Translations under genes and position numbers: made by a program
Shown: in pieces, positions 38,605 through 51,868 of the stretch
Layout of the letters: each line of letters begins with the position of its first letter
Numbering within the stretch: position 1 is the stretch's first letter
Origin: Mobula hypostoma
Lineage: Eukaryota
NCBI RefSeq assembly: GCF_963921235.1
Contig: NC_086097.1
Coordinates: forward strand, 42,658,001 to 42,722,000
DNA length: 64,000 nt
Direction of reading: 5' to 3'
The notes under the pieces: generated by a model
Database searches by the model: none
Told to the model about the DNA's origin: nothing
Seen by the model: only the letters and a program-made list of their open reading frames with translations

Positions 38605-38985
38605 AGAAGAGTCATAGATCAATACACCAGAGATAAAGGCCCTTCGGCCCAACAAGTCCATGCTGCCCACAGTCCCCATCCAGCTAGTCCCAGCTTCCTG
38701 CGTTTGGCCCACGTCTCTCTAAGCCCCAGCCCTCCTGTATCTGTTCAAGTGCTTCTTAAAAGTTACTTTTGTGCTTGCCTCAACCCACTTCTTCTGGCCG
38801 CTCATTCCAAGAAATCACCCTTACCCCTCAGATCCCTTTTCAATCTATCGCCTTCTAGTTCTGAGTCTCCTCTACGCTAGGCAAAAGACTGTTACCATTC
38901 AACTTATCTGTACTGCTTATCATTTTCAATATTTCTATAATGTTGCCCCTCATTCTTTGATGTTCGAATGAATATAGACCTAGCT
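38605..38985 (-). mobile_element. Decayed CR1 3' end
   Basis: AGAGTCATAGA...AGGCCCTTCGGCCCAAC, typical of an antisense CR1/HER1 3' terminus. Confidence 0.6.
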
Positions 38986-38994
38986 TTTTTACTT

Positions 38995-39215
38995 AGAAAT
39001 ACAGCACAGTAACAGGGCCTTCTGGCCCAACAAGCCTGCACCACACAATTACACCAAGGTGACTAATTAACCCACTAACCTTTTGGAAACCAGAGTACCT
39101 GAAGGTAACCCATGTGGTGAGGGGTGCGAACTCCTTACAGACAGTAGAGGATTTGAACCCGGGTCACTGGAACTGCAATACCATTACACCAACCACCACA
39201 CTACCAAGTCACCCC
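38995..39215 (-). mobile_element. tRNA/V-SINE remnant
   Basis: GGAAACCAGAGTACCTG, ATTTGAACCCGGG (antisense B box), ACCACCACACTACC. Confidence 0.65.
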
Positions 39216-40071
39216 AAGACTATTTTGCATTTCCCTCCCCATTCTAATGAGAGTCTTTGACCTGAAACGTTTGCTCTGCTCACTCTTCCTACTGATGCAG
39301 CCTGACTTGCTGAGTAGTTCCAGCAATTTCTGTTTTTATCGCTGAACTCAGATAATCTCTTATATTTAATTCACATGCTAAAATGGTTGCTAGATGTGCA
39401 ATTATGCATTGCATTAAGGTCTACTAGAACTCCAAATGAATTCTACTGACGGCTGAGAATAATAACCATTATCTGTCTGCATCTATAATTAATCTGAGGA
39501 CTCACACTCGCTGTAACACTATAAAGCAATAAAGCAGCCTTTAAATTTTGTAGGATTCAGCAACCTCCTGTCGAAACAGCAGCCAGAGGCCATTTTTGCA
39601 GCTCAAGCTCATCAGTGGATACGTGGGCCAATCACAACACAGATGCTCTAATTACAGTCCAAAGAAATGGAGAGACTCAGCAGTTCAAATATTAATGCTG
39701 CTACCAGGTTACTAAATAGCCTCTCAAACTGGATAATTGATGAAAACCTGTGAAACTACAGATTATGCTAATTTAGCTACCGGACCTGCAACTGTAAATT
39801 CCAATGTGATAAACTCTTCCTCATCTACATAGCCACAGTGGGTCAAGCCAGAGTAGAGATATTGCCTTGCAAATGCAGCTACCCAGGTTGAAGTCTAACT
39901 TGCAGCATAGAGTTTGAACACTCTCAGTAGCCAGCTCCTATTTCACTGATAAGTTAATTGGCCAATATAAATTAGGGCTAGAATGCAGCAAATAAAAATT
40001 AACGGAGCCACAAAATATTCTGCAGGTGCTGGAAATCTTGAGCAGCCACACACAAAACACTGGGGGAAGTC

Positions 40072-41217
40072 GACCAAGGGACGAGGAATGACTGCGCAGA
40101 CGTGTGGACGTCAGCGAGTTAGACCGGCGGGAAGAGTATAAAAGAAGATCATTTTTTCTTCGGCGGTTTGATTGAGGAACGACTGTGCAGGCGCTTGGAC
40201 TTCAGCGAGCTAAACCAGCGGGAAAAGTATAAAAAGAAAACAGCTTTATAGAGCGGGCAACAGAGTAGAGGGGGTCAGAGTAGGAGGGCTTCAGCGATAA
40301 CGGGTCGAGGCGAGGTAAGTTACTTGTGAAGAATAGGAATAGGAAGTACGTCTGTGAGGCCAGTATTCTGTACTGGGACATCAATGGGATGCAAAACTGG
40401 GCTGAGGCGTGGCAGATGGAGTTCAACCCTGATAAGAGTGAGGTGGTTCATTTTGGTAGGTCAAATATGATGGCAGAATATAGTATTAATGGTAAGACTC
40501 TTGGCAGTGTGGAGGATCAGAAGGATCTTGCGGTCTGTGTCCGTAGGACACTCAAAGCAGCTGCACAGGTTGACTGAGTGGTTAAGAAGGCATACGGTGC
40601 ATTGCCCTTCATCAACCGAGGGACTGAGTTCAAGAGCCGAGGGATAATGTTACAGCTGTATAAGACCTGGTCAGACCCCACGGAGTACTGTGCTCAGTCC
40701 TAGTCACCTCACTACAGGAATGATGATGGAAACCATAGAAAGGGTGCAGAGGAGATTTACAAGGATGTTGCCTGGATTGGGGAGCATGCCTTACAAGAAT
40801 AGGTTTATGAATTTGGCCTTTTCTCCTTGGAGGATGAGAGGGAGGATGAGAGGTGACCTGATAGAGGTATGTAAGATGATGAGAAGCATTGATCATGTGG
40901 ATAGTCAGAGGCTTTTTCCCAGGGCTGAAAAAGCTAACACAAGAGGGCACAGTTTTAAGGTACTTGGAAGCAGGTACAGAGGGGATGTCAGGGTAAGTTT
41001 TTTTAAGCAGAGAGTAGAGTGCATGGAATGGGCTGCCAGCGACGGTGGTGGAGGTGGATACAATAGGGTCTTTTAAGAGACTCTTGGATAGGTTCGTGGA
41101 GCTTAGAAAAATAGAGGGCTATGGGTAACCCTAGGTAATTTCTAAAGTAAGTACATGTTCGGCACAGCATTTGTGGGCTGAAGGGCCTGTATTGTGCTGT
41201 AGGTTTTCTATGTTTCT
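40072..41217 (+). mobile_element. CR1 with retained 5' end and a large internal deletion, inserted in an old PLE (40010-40066 and 41223-41600)
   Basis: CpG-rich tandem 5' region joined near 40378 to ORF2 QNWAEAWQMEFNPDK; tail TTTCTATGTTTCT; AAGTC at 40067-40071 and 41218-41222. Confidence 0.8.
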
Positions 41218-43799
41218 AAGTCAGCTGGTCAGGTAGCATCTATAGAGGTAAACATACAGTCAACATTTCATGCCAAGACCCTTCGTCAGGACTGGACAGG
41301 AATGGTGAAGAAGCCAGAAAAAGAAGGTGAGGGAAGGGGCAGGAGCACAACCTGGCAGGTGATATGTGAGACCAGGTGAAGGGAAAGTGAGTGGGTCGGG
41401 GTGGTGGGTGATGCGAGAAGCTGTGAGCTTGAAAGGTGAAAGAGGTAAAGGGCTGAAGAGGAAGGAATATGGTAGGAGAGGACAGTGTACCATGGAAGAA
41501 AGTGAGGAGGTAAGGAACCAGAGGGAGTTCATGATGGCTTGAGAGGAGAAGAGAAGTGGTGAGATGGCCCATTAATGGAGAATGGGATTGCTCTGGAAAT
41601 GGCTTGGACCCAACTTGATAAAATAACTTCCTAAGTTGTAAGGGTGAATGGAAACATGGAAAATGTCCCACTCCACGCTGCCTTGCAATGTTCTTGACAA
41701 AGTTTGTGCTGAGATACTTGAGCCATTTTGGTATATGGAGGTATTTTCTTAACCTTGGGTCCAAGACACAGGAAACCCAGGCGTTTCCTTTATGGACAAG
41801 TGCTCTAAACCTGCCTCATAGATGCTGTCCGACCTACTGAATGCATCCAGCATTTTCTCTTTTTATTACAGATTTCCAACCTCTGCTGTTCTTTTTGGAT
41901 TTGAGTAGTCCAACCTTCTCTATTTTTCAACATTCACAGCTTCCAGCAAACTCAGTGAAGCCAAAAGTAACCACTTACTAAAACTACCCTTCACACGGCC
42001 ATCCACACCGGGGATAGTTACATGCCATGCTACATTCATATACCCGGAAGATGGGAAACAGAGACAAGTATTGAAAGTTGAGTGTGTCACACCAACCATC
42101 ATGTTCAATAAATAGAGACAGAAGTTAAACAAAGAACATCAGACTGTGCTTTGTTCCCAGAAGTTGTATTGATGTGGCAAGATCTTTGGGGATACGAACT
42201 AAGCCTGGCTCTAATTTCACAGATAGATGAAAGAACGTCAAAACAAATGATTGAGAATCATCCAGAAAATGGTTATTTATGTACACTCTGTGCTGCTTAT
42301 TTTACAGAATAATTTTTAAAATAATCATCTTGGCAAATCTGCTTTGAAGCAAGAACACAAACTGTTCGAACCACTGTGCAAATCAATTTGCACCTCTGGC
42401 ATGAGCAGGTATGTTCAGGGTTAGGTATAGATCTATCTGTAGTCGTAAAATTTAATATTAATACTGTGTATTCAGACAACATTGAAGAAATTATATATAA
42501 AGCATGAATAAACCACGAGAGGATTCATGGCTGTGGTGATGTAATAGATCACTTCAGTGGAGGAGAAGACAGCAGCACAAATATGCTAAAGTCATGTGTC
42601 ATGAATAATATAGCAAGGAGAGGCCTGGAAAACACAAAAAGAAATTTTTTAATCTGTTACGTCTGTTACTCATAAGTACTTTTCTATATTTTACGTGCAA
42701 CGTAATGTACAGGACAGAAGAAGACTATTCGGCCCATCTTTCTTTTTCCAGCTTTTAGTGAACCCATGAACACTACCTCAGTGTAGATTTGTTTTAATAT
42801 CCCCTCTCTTTTTGCAGTACGTATTTAACTTTATTTTCTCTTTTTATATTTACTTCTTAATGTAATTTATAGTTTACTACTATGTATTACAATCTACTGC
42901 TGCCACAAAACAACAAATTTCACAACATATGCTGGTGATATTAAACCTGATTCTGATTTTTGAATAGACTGAAGCAACTTGGGATTTGGGCATGTCTTCA
43001 GGATGTGGCTTAAGACCATGCCTTTCTGACTCAGAAGCAAGGAAACCACCATTGGGTCTCATGTAAATACCCATACCCCTGCACAGAACTCTTGTTTTTT
43101 TCTGCTGTTCATTTATTCTATTGAAAGAAAGTAATAGGGTAAAGAAGAGGGAATGTTATCCGTGATGATTTTCACTTCCAGGCTTGGTTACCAGACTGTC
43201 GAGTGATCAGAAACACAAGCGATTCCACAGATACTGGAAATCTTAAGCAGCGCACACAAAATGCTGGGGAAATACACGAGGAGGGCTTATTCTGCACTGT
43301 ATCTCAATAAATAAATAACTTATCCTCTTCTATTCACAACATTTCTGTGATAAAGCTAACAAAGATGGCAATCTTGCTTTAATGTGACCACAGTAATTGA
43401 AGCATGTTTACAATGCAACACTGGTGAATGCAATGGCACTGTTGCTGCAGAGCCAGGCTGAGTCATTAATTCATTGGAAGTTCTTACTATCAGATGCCAT
43501 CCTTAATCGTTAGTGGATGTCTTTCTTAAAAATTTGAATGTCTTTTTCAGAAACCTTTTATGTATTTTAATAAAAGTCTTGGTCCATTGATGGAGTTTTA
43601 TTTACAAAAGTGGAAGTTTTGAAACTAAGTGATGGTAGAATTATATTCTTATTTTCTAACATCAGAATTAACTACTTTGAGCTCACCTACTTCAAAGATG
43701 CCCTTTCCCCACTCTCACATTATTGAAATTCTTGGCCAATATAAGGGAAATACAGGCAGTTTTCAAGTAATCATCATACATTCATAAACAGACAATAAA

Positions 43800-44610
43800 A
43801 CCATGAGACACAGGGGCAGAATTAGGACATTTGGCCTTTCAAATCTACTCTGCCATTCCAACATGACTGATTTATTATCCCTCTCAATCCCATTCTCTTG
43901 CCTTCTATCCATAACCATTGACACTGACTAATAAAGAACCTATCAACCCCCTGATTAAATATATACTTGTCTACAGCTGCTTTTACAAAGTCAGTGACAA
44001 ACCATAAGACCATAAGATATAGGAGCAGAATTAGGTCATTTGACCCATCGAGTCTGCTCCGCCATTTCATCATGGCTGATCCAATTTTCCTCTCAGCCCC
44101 AGTCTCCTGCCTTCTCCCTGTATCCCTTCATGCTCTGACCAATCAAGAATCCATCAACCTCTGCCTTAAATCTACAAAAAGACTTGTCCTCCACAGCCGT
44201 CTATGTCAAAGAATTTCACAGACGCACCAATTCTGTCTAAAGAAATTCCTCCTCATCTCTGTTCTATTCTGAAGCTGTGCGCTCTGGTCCTAGACTCACC
44301 TGTTATAGGGAGCATCCTCTCCACATCCACTCTATCTAAGTTTTTCAATAATCAATAGGTTTCAATGAGATCCTTCCTCATTCTTCTAAACTCCAGTGAG
44401 TACAGGCCCAGAGCCATCAAACACTCCTCATATGTTAACCCCTTCATTCTCAGAATCATTCTCATGAATGTCCTCTGGATCATCTCCAATACCAGCACAT
44501 ATTTTCTTAGATAAGGGACCCAGAACTGTTCACAGTACTCCAAGTGCACCTGACCAATGCCTTATAGGTCTCAGCACTACATCCATGCTTTTATATACGA
44601 GTCTTCCCAA
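43800..44610 (-). mobile_element. Two adjacent CR1 3' fragments with ACCATAAG-type tail
   Basis: ACCATAAGACCATAAGATATAGGAGCAGAATTAGG; HLEYCEQFWVPYLRK. Confidence 0.85.
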
Positions 44611-44859
44611 AATGAGGGAAGTCTTCCCGGTGAGAGGGTTATATATATATATTTATTATTGTAACATTTTTATGTATTGCACTTTACTGCTGTCACAAAA
44701 ACAACATATTTAATGGCATATGTCAGTGATAATGAACCTGATTCTGATTCCCTGCACTGGAAAATTCAAAACTCAGACTGGATGACTTGCAGGTTGTAAG
44801 GGTTACTCTGAGCATCCCCTTACCCACCTTGTTAATTCCACATTGTACAATGAGTATAG

Positions 44860-45790
44860 AGTCATAGAATAATACAGTACAGAGACAAGCCCTTTGGCCT
44901 TGTACGTCCATACCCACCAGGTTGCCTATTTGAGCTAGTCCACTTGCCTGGCAATTGACCCACACCCCTCTAAACCTTTCCTATCCAAGTATTTGTCTAA
45001 ATGCCCTTTAACCATTGTAATTGTACCTACTTCTACTACTTCCTCAGCCAGCCTGTTCTTTATGCCCATCACCCTCTGTGTAGAAGAGTTGCCCCTAATG
45101 TCATCTTTATACTTATCCCCTCTGACCGTAAACCTATACCCTTTAGTTTTAGACTCTCCTATCCTGTGTAAAGGACTCTAACCATTCACTCTGTCTAAAC
45201 CACTCATGATTTTTTATACTTTTATAAGGTCACCCCTCTGCTCCAGGGGGAAAAGCCCAAGCCCATCCAGTCTCTCGTTATAACTCAAGCCCTCCACCAC
45301 AGTAACATCCTTGTGAATCTTTTCTGCATCCTTTCCAGCTTAATGGCATCCTGTAGCTCAGCGACCAGAACCTGCACACAATATTCCAAGTCTGGTTTCA
45401 CCAGTTTCTTGTAGTTATACCATAACTTACTAATTCTTGTAATTAATATCCTGACTGAAGAAGGCAAGTATGTAAAATGCCTTCTTCACCACGCTCTCTA
45501 CCCGTGTTGATACTTTCAGGGAGCTATATACTTGTAATCCTAAATCGCTCTGTTCTGCTCTCCAGAACCCTGTCATTTACTATGCAAATCCTGCCCTGGT
45601 TTAGCTTCCCAAAATGCAACCCCTGCATTGTCTGAATTAAATTCCATGTCCTTCACTGATCCACTTTCCATTTGATCGAGATCTTATGAAATCTTAGATA
45701 ACCTTCAATGTCCGTTATACCACTAATGTTGGTTCTATCTGCCAACACATTAATCATGCCGATACGTTCTCTTCCAAATTGTTATAACAG
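44860..45790 (-). mobile_element. Older CR1 3' fragment
   Basis: LVKPDLEYCVQ, LERMQKRFTRML. Confidence 0.75.
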
Positions 45791-46221
45791 CTTGCTCACA
45801 GATATCCTTTTCCTTCCATCCACTCTTCCCCATTTCTGCAACTTAAAACACACTTGATTTCTCATGGTAATAATTCTAATGAGGTACATTCACCCGAATA
45901 ATTAAGACAATTTCTCTTAATTAAAATCAAAACTTTTAGTTCTTGCTGATTTTATTTTAACTTCCAAGCACTGCATGCATTGTTTTCCTAATGGCAACGG
46001 TGTCAATGTAATCAAAGTTCATTTCATTGGTTCTTTATGAGTTAGATCATGAGGAAAGTTTTTTTAAAGTTTTGCTTGTACTTGCATCAATGTGGGTTAA
46101 GAGGCAATTTGATTGCAGTTTGTAGGATTTTAAAGCAAACCAATAGACCATAAGACCAGCAACGCACATCAAAGTAGCTGGTGAACGCAACAGGCCAGGC
46201 AGCATCTCCAGGAAGAGGTAC

Positions 46222-46257
46222 AGTCGACGTTTCAGGCTGAGACCCTTCGTCAGGACT
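46222..46257 (-). ncRNA. Minimal type I hammerhead ribozyme motif, core intact
   Basis: Minus strand reads AGTC CTGACGA A GGGT CTCA GCCT GAAA CGTC GACT. Confidence 0.78.
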
Positions 46258-47330
46258 AACTGAAGGAAGAGTTAGTAAGATTTGAAAGTGGGAGGGGGAG
46301 GGGGAGATCCAAAATGATAGGAGAAGACAGGAGGGGGAGGGATGGAGCCAAGAGCTGGACACGTGATTGGCAAAGGGAATACGAGAAGATCATGGGACAG
46401 GAGATCCGGGGAGAAAGTTGGGGGGGGGGAACCCAGAGGATGGGCAAGGGGTATAGTCAGAGGGAGAAAAAGGAGAGTGAGAAAAAGAAAGAATGTGTGC
46501 GTAAAAATAAATAACGGATGGGGTACGAGGGGGAAGTGGGGCATTAGCAGAAGTTAGAGAAGTCAATGTTCATGCCATCAGGTTGGAGGCTACCCAGACG
46601 GAATATAAGGTGTTGTTCCTCTAACCTGAGTGTGGCTTCATCTTTACAGTAGAGGAGGCCGTGGATAGATGTGTCAGAATGGGAATGGGGTGTGGAATTA
46701 AAATGTGTGGCCACCGGGAGATCCTGCTTTCTCTGGCAGACAGAGCGTAGATGTTCAGCAAAACGATCTCCCAGTCTGCGTCGGGTCTCGCCAATATATA
46801 AAAGGCCACATCGGGAGCACCGGACACTCTGTCCACCAGAGAAAGCAGGATCTCCCAGTGGCCACACATTTTAATTCCACATCCCATTCCCATTCTGACA
46901 TGTCTATCCACGGCCTCCTCTACTGTAAAGATGAAGCCACACTCAGGTTGGAGGAACAACATCTTATATTCTGTCTGGGTAGCCTCCAACCTGATGGCAT
47001 GAACATTGACTTCTCTAACTTCCGCTAATGCCCCACCTCCCCCTCGTACCCCATCCGTTATTTATTTTTATACACACATTCTTTCTCTCTCTCTCTCCTT
47101 TTTCTCCCTCTGTCCCTCTGACTATACCCCCTGCCCATCCTCTGGGCTCCCCCCCACCCCCGCCCTTGTCTTTCTCCCCGGACCTCCTGTCCCATGATCC
47201 TCTCATATCCCCTTTGCCAATCACCTGTCCAGCTCTCGGCTCCATCTCTCCCCCTCCTGTCTTCTCCTATCATTTGGATCTCCCCCTCCCCCTCTCACTT
47301 TCAAATCTCTTACTAACTCTTCCTTCAGTT

Positions 47331-47366
47331 AGTCCTGACGAAGGGTCTCGGCGTGAAATGTCGACT
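47331..47366 (+). ncRNA. Minimal hammerhead motif, stem II damaged
   Basis: AGTC CTGACGA A GGGT CTCG GCGT GAAA TGTC GACT. Confidence 0.65.
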
Positions 47367-47464
47367 GTACCTCCTCCTAGAGATGCTGCCTGGCCTGCTG
47401 CGTTCACCAGCAACTTTGATGTGTGTTGCTTGAATTTCCAGCATCTGCAGAATTCCTGTTGTGT

Positions 47465-48315
47465 GACCAGAAGACCATAAAATTTTGGAGCAGAATTATG
47501 CCATTTGGCCCATCAAGTCTTCTCCACCATTTCATTTCATCATGGCTGATCCAAATTTCCTCTCAGCCCCAATCTCTTGCCTTCTTCCCATATCCCTTCA
47601 TGCACTGACCAATCAGAATCTATCACTTTCTGCCTTAAATATACATAAAGACTTGACCTCCACAGCTGCCTGTGGCAAAGAATTTCACAGATTCACCTCT
47701 CTCTGGCTAACAAAAAATTCGTCCTCGTCTCCATTCTAAAAGGATGCACCTCTAATCTGAGGCTGTGTCCTTTGGTCTTAGGCTCTCCCACCATAGAAAA
47801 CACCCTCTCCACATCCACTCTATCGAGACCTTTCACCATTCAACAGGTTTCAATGAGGTCACCTCTCATTCTTCTGAATTCTAGTGAATACAGTCCCAGA
47901 GCCAACAAGCTCTCTTCATATGTGAAGCTCCTTTGAACTCTCCAGTTTTAGCATATTCTTTCTAAGAGAAGGGGACCAAAACTGCTCACAATACTTGAAG
48001 TGAGGCCTTTCCAGTACTTTATAAACTATCAATATTACATATTGCTTTTATATTCTAGTCCTCTTGAAATGACTGCTATCATTGCATTTGCCTTCCTCAC
48101 CACAGACTTAACCTGCAAATTAACCTTTAGAGAATTCTGTACAAGGACTCCCAAGTCCCTTTACATGTTAATTCTTTTTTTGTATTTTCTCTCTATTTAG
48201 AAAATAGTCAACTGTTTCATTTCTTCTACCAAAGTGCATGACCATACACTTCCCAACACTGTAATCTATCTGCCACTTCTTTACCCATTATCATGTTCTA
48301 TTTAAGTCCTTCAGT
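47465..48315 (-). mobile_element. CR1 3' fragment
   Basis: Same subfamily as ~43990-44610 and 55205-57085 (GGAGCAGAATT..., GCTGCCTGTGGCAAAGAATT). Confidence 0.85.
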
Positions 48316-48364
48316 AGGGCTGATAGACAGAAACCTTTTCTATCTCAGGCAAATTTGAGACACA

Positions 48365-49150
48365 TCAGTGGAATATGGACCGGCTAGAGAAATGGGCTGA
48401 CAAATGGTCAGATGGAATTTGATGCATACAAGTGTGATGTGTGGGAGGACAAACCAGGGTAGAAATTACACAGTGAACAATAGGACACTGAAGAGTGTGG
48501 TAGAACAGAGGGATCTGAGAATACAGATCCCTTGAAAGTGGCCTCACAAGTAGGTAGGGCCATAAAAAGAGCTTTTAGCATATTGGCCTTCATAAATTAA
48601 AGTACTGAGTACAGGAGTTGCAATGTTATGTTGAAGTTGTATAAGACATTGGTGAAGCCTAATTTGGAGTATAGTGTGCAGTTCTGGTCACCTTACCCAC
48701 AGAAAGGATATCAATAAGATTGAATGAATACCAGCAAAATTCACTAGGTTGAATAGGTTAGGATTTCTAGAGCATAGAAGAATGAGGAAGATTTGTTAGA
48801 GGTATACATAATTATGAGGGGTATAGATAGGGTAAATGCAAGCAGACTTATTCCTCTGCGGGTTGGGTGAGACTAGAACTAGAGGTTATAGGTTAAAGAT
48901 TAAATACTTAATGGAAACGTGAGGAGAACTTTTTCAGTCAGAGGGTGGTGAGAGTGCGGAAGGAGCTGCCAGCAGAAGTGGTGGATGTGGATTTGATTTC
49001 AACGTGTAAGCGAAACTTGTAAATGAATAGGAGAAGCATTGAGGGCCATGGCCCAGGTGCAGGTCGATGAGACGATGCAGAGGTAGGTGCAGTTCAGCAT
49101 GGACTAGATGGGCCAAAAGGCCTATTTCTGTGCAGCAGTGTTCAATGACT
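48365..49150 (+). mobile_element. CR1 3' fragment
   Basis: TGGGCTGACAAATGGTCAGATGGAATTT, TTGGAGTATAGTGTGCAGTTCTGGTCACC, GGGCCAAAAGGCCTATTTCTG. Confidence 0.8.
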
Positions 49151-50789
49151 TTAAAAAAGACCTATGACTCTGTCCATGTCTTTGTATGCACCTAAGAAGA
49201 CCTTGCACCTCTGCCGGCCTTATCATCCTTGTTGGCACGTCAGGTTTGCTTCATGTGAGTTGGACTTGGTTTTCTGCATTTTGCACACCTAGAATTTCCA
49301 TGTAGAATCTTCAACTTCTTCAGTTTTCACAAACATCTATAATACTCACTGCATTCGACAGGAGTTCACAAATACCCATTACAGATCCAGCTAGGAGGTC
49401 TCGACAATGTCATAAATACCTACTGAACTTAGTATTCTTTTTTACATTATCTCTGGTGCATGAAAAGAGATGAAAAGTTCTTGACATATCGTGGAAATAC
49501 TAATGTAGATTTTTAGCAAATTTTATTACATTTCATTTAAAATAGTAATAGATAAAGTACAGTTTTTGAATTCAGGAAGTGTATTCACTTCGATGCACAA
49601 AAATATTGTGGTTGAAAACACTCCGGAGAGTTGCTTTGAAATCTTGAATTGATTATATTTAATAAGCATGTGAAAAAATCTTTTCGATGTAAAAACAGTC
49701 AAAGCTTATAGCACTTTGTTAAATTTGTTGATTCTTAATAAAATATAATTAATTGCCTGTTTGATAAGCCAAGCTATTGAATAATATAACATTAATGCTT
49801 CAATTTTTACTGAGATTGTACTAATGTATTGATTATTCAATGGTACTACTTTTTTGCAACATATCGAGCACAGAATTTTGATCAGTCACTGAAAGATACT
49901 CCTTAGTCTCCTAGAGCCACAGAAGTGAGCAAAATGCAATACAAATCATTATACAGACTCCATATAACCTCAGAAGACTGCACAACTCGTAACTAAAATG
50001 ACAATTTTGTTCATACAGCATTAAATTGCTATTATGCTATTCTTGTCACAGCCCTAATCTCAAAAGCCATTGGATTTTTGTAAATCTCTACAACTCATCT
50101 AAGTAAACCAAATATGACTGAGTTTCCTGCGCTAAAATAAGCTTCCCTACTATCATTTAAGCAAAGGGAAAAGTGAAGCAAGTTGTATCATATGAACAGA
50201 TATCATAAAGAATTTATATTAGAGGTAGATAGAGAATACTGCTGTTATTTACATTATAATTTTACCTGCTTGTATACAGTGTGTCGATAATTCTTTGTCC
50301 AGTGCTATCTCTTTCTCTATTCAAATTTATTTAGTACTTCTCAAATCCTGAAATTAATTCCTGTGTGAAAATGGAAAGAGAAAAAGAATTAACATTTGGG
50401 TTCTGGCAAAGGATCTTTGATTTGAAAGGTTAATATTTTTAGTTATTGAAACTGTCCTCACCAACTAAATATTTCCAATATTTTATGTTTATATTTCAGA
50501 TTTCTATCATCGGCACCTTTTATTTTATTTTTTGCCATGTAAATATCTTTCTTGCCATTTGTTGAAAGGTTGCCTTGAAATTAAATCACAAACAAGAGAG
50601 AATCTGCTGGAAACCCAAGCAGCACACACAAAATGCTTCGGCAGGGTTTTGGCCTGAAACTTCAGCTGTACTTTTTTCCACAGATGCTGCCTGGCCTGCT
50701 GAGTTCCTCCAGTATTTTGTGTGTCACCTCGTAATTAAAACCTGTTTGCAACTGAAAGACATAGAAAGTTTGAGGGGTTTTTCCCCATT

Positions 50790-51500
50790 CTTAGTGGAGA
50801 GAGTGAGCAGCTTCAAGTTCCTCGGTGTCAAGATCTCTGAGGATCTAACCTGGTCCCAACATATTGATGTAGTCATAAAGAAGGCAAGACAACGGATATA
50901 CTTTATTAGGAGTTTGAAGAGATTTGGCACGTCAGCAAAAACTTCTATCATTGTACCGTGGAGAGCATTCTGACAGGCTGCATCACTGTCTGGTATGGAG
51001 GGGCTACTGTACAGGACTGAAAGAAGCTGCAGAAGGTTGTAAATCTAGTCAGCTCCATCTTGGGCACTAGCCTACAAAGTACCCAGGACACCTTCAGGGA
51101 GCGGTGTCTCAGAAAGGCAGTATCTATTATTAAGGACCTCCAGCACCCAGGGCATGACCTTTTCTCACTGTTACCATCAGGTAGGAGGTACAGAAGCCTG
51201 AAGGCACACACTTGGTGATTCAGGAACAGCTTCTTCCCCTCTGCCATCCGATTCCTAAATGGACATTGAAGCTTTGGACACTACCTCACTTTTTTTAATA
51301 CACAGTATTTCTGCTTTTGCACATTTTTAAAAATCTATTCAAAATAAGTAATTGATTTATTTGTTTATTTATTATTATGCTTTATTTTATTTATTATTAT
51401 TATTTTTTCTCTCTCTGTTAGATTATGTATTGCATTGAACTGCTGCTGTTAACAAATTTCACATCACATGCCGGTGATAATAAACATGATTCTGATTTTG
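50790..51500 (+). mobile_element. Rex1 3' fragment with (TTCTGA) tail
   Basis: VERVSSFKFLGVKISEDLTWSQHID..KKARQRIYFIRSLKRFG; ends GATAATAAACATGATTCTGATT. Confidence 0.88.
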
Positions 51501-51510
51501 AGATACAAGT

Positions 51511-51763
51511 TGTTGTGTATTTAACACTTCAGCAATAGTTGAGTAACATTGTAAATATATTGTTTGATTAAGCATTCTTTGTTGATTACATAATTCATTA
51601 CAGGTTATGTGTAAAAGTATTGTATGTGAATGACATACATCATTACACCATGTCATAAGTGCATGTCTCGCTTATGGAACAACAAACTGCATACACATTT
51701 ATCCTGGTCTCCACAGATTTTGCTTTCAATTAGTTTCATGAGTTGTAGTTACAAAACATAACA
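51511..51763 (+). repeat. 5' LTR
   Basis: TG...CA ends; shares CATTGTAAATATATTGTTTGATTAAGCATTCTTTGTTG and CAAAACATAACA with 59953-60199. Confidence 0.88.
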
Positions 51764-51764
51764 G

Positions 51765-51776
51765 TGGCAACAAGGA
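51765..51776 (+). other. Primer-binding site, probably tRNA-Ser(GCU), CpG-decayed
   Basis: TGGCAACAAGGA lies one base after the LTR and equals TGGCGACGAGGA with two CG>CA changes. Confidence 0.65.
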
Positions 51777-51868
51777 AGTCTTAATGAACCTGAGATGACT
51801 AGATACCTGTCGAAGCACAGCGAGACATTTGAGTTAAAAAAAACACAGCAAGAAACAGTTGAGTAAAA

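Larger units (their letters stand above)
46158..47464. mobile_element. Penelope-like insertion made of two inverted copies (46158-46826 minus, 46827-47464 plus); 34-nt tail on the right arm only
   Basis: The same GIY-YIG C-terminal peptide (QDLPVATHFNS...GMNIDFSNF) is encoded on both strands pointing outward. The left arm stops at AGCAACGCAC; the right arm extends to 47464. Confidence 0.92.
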
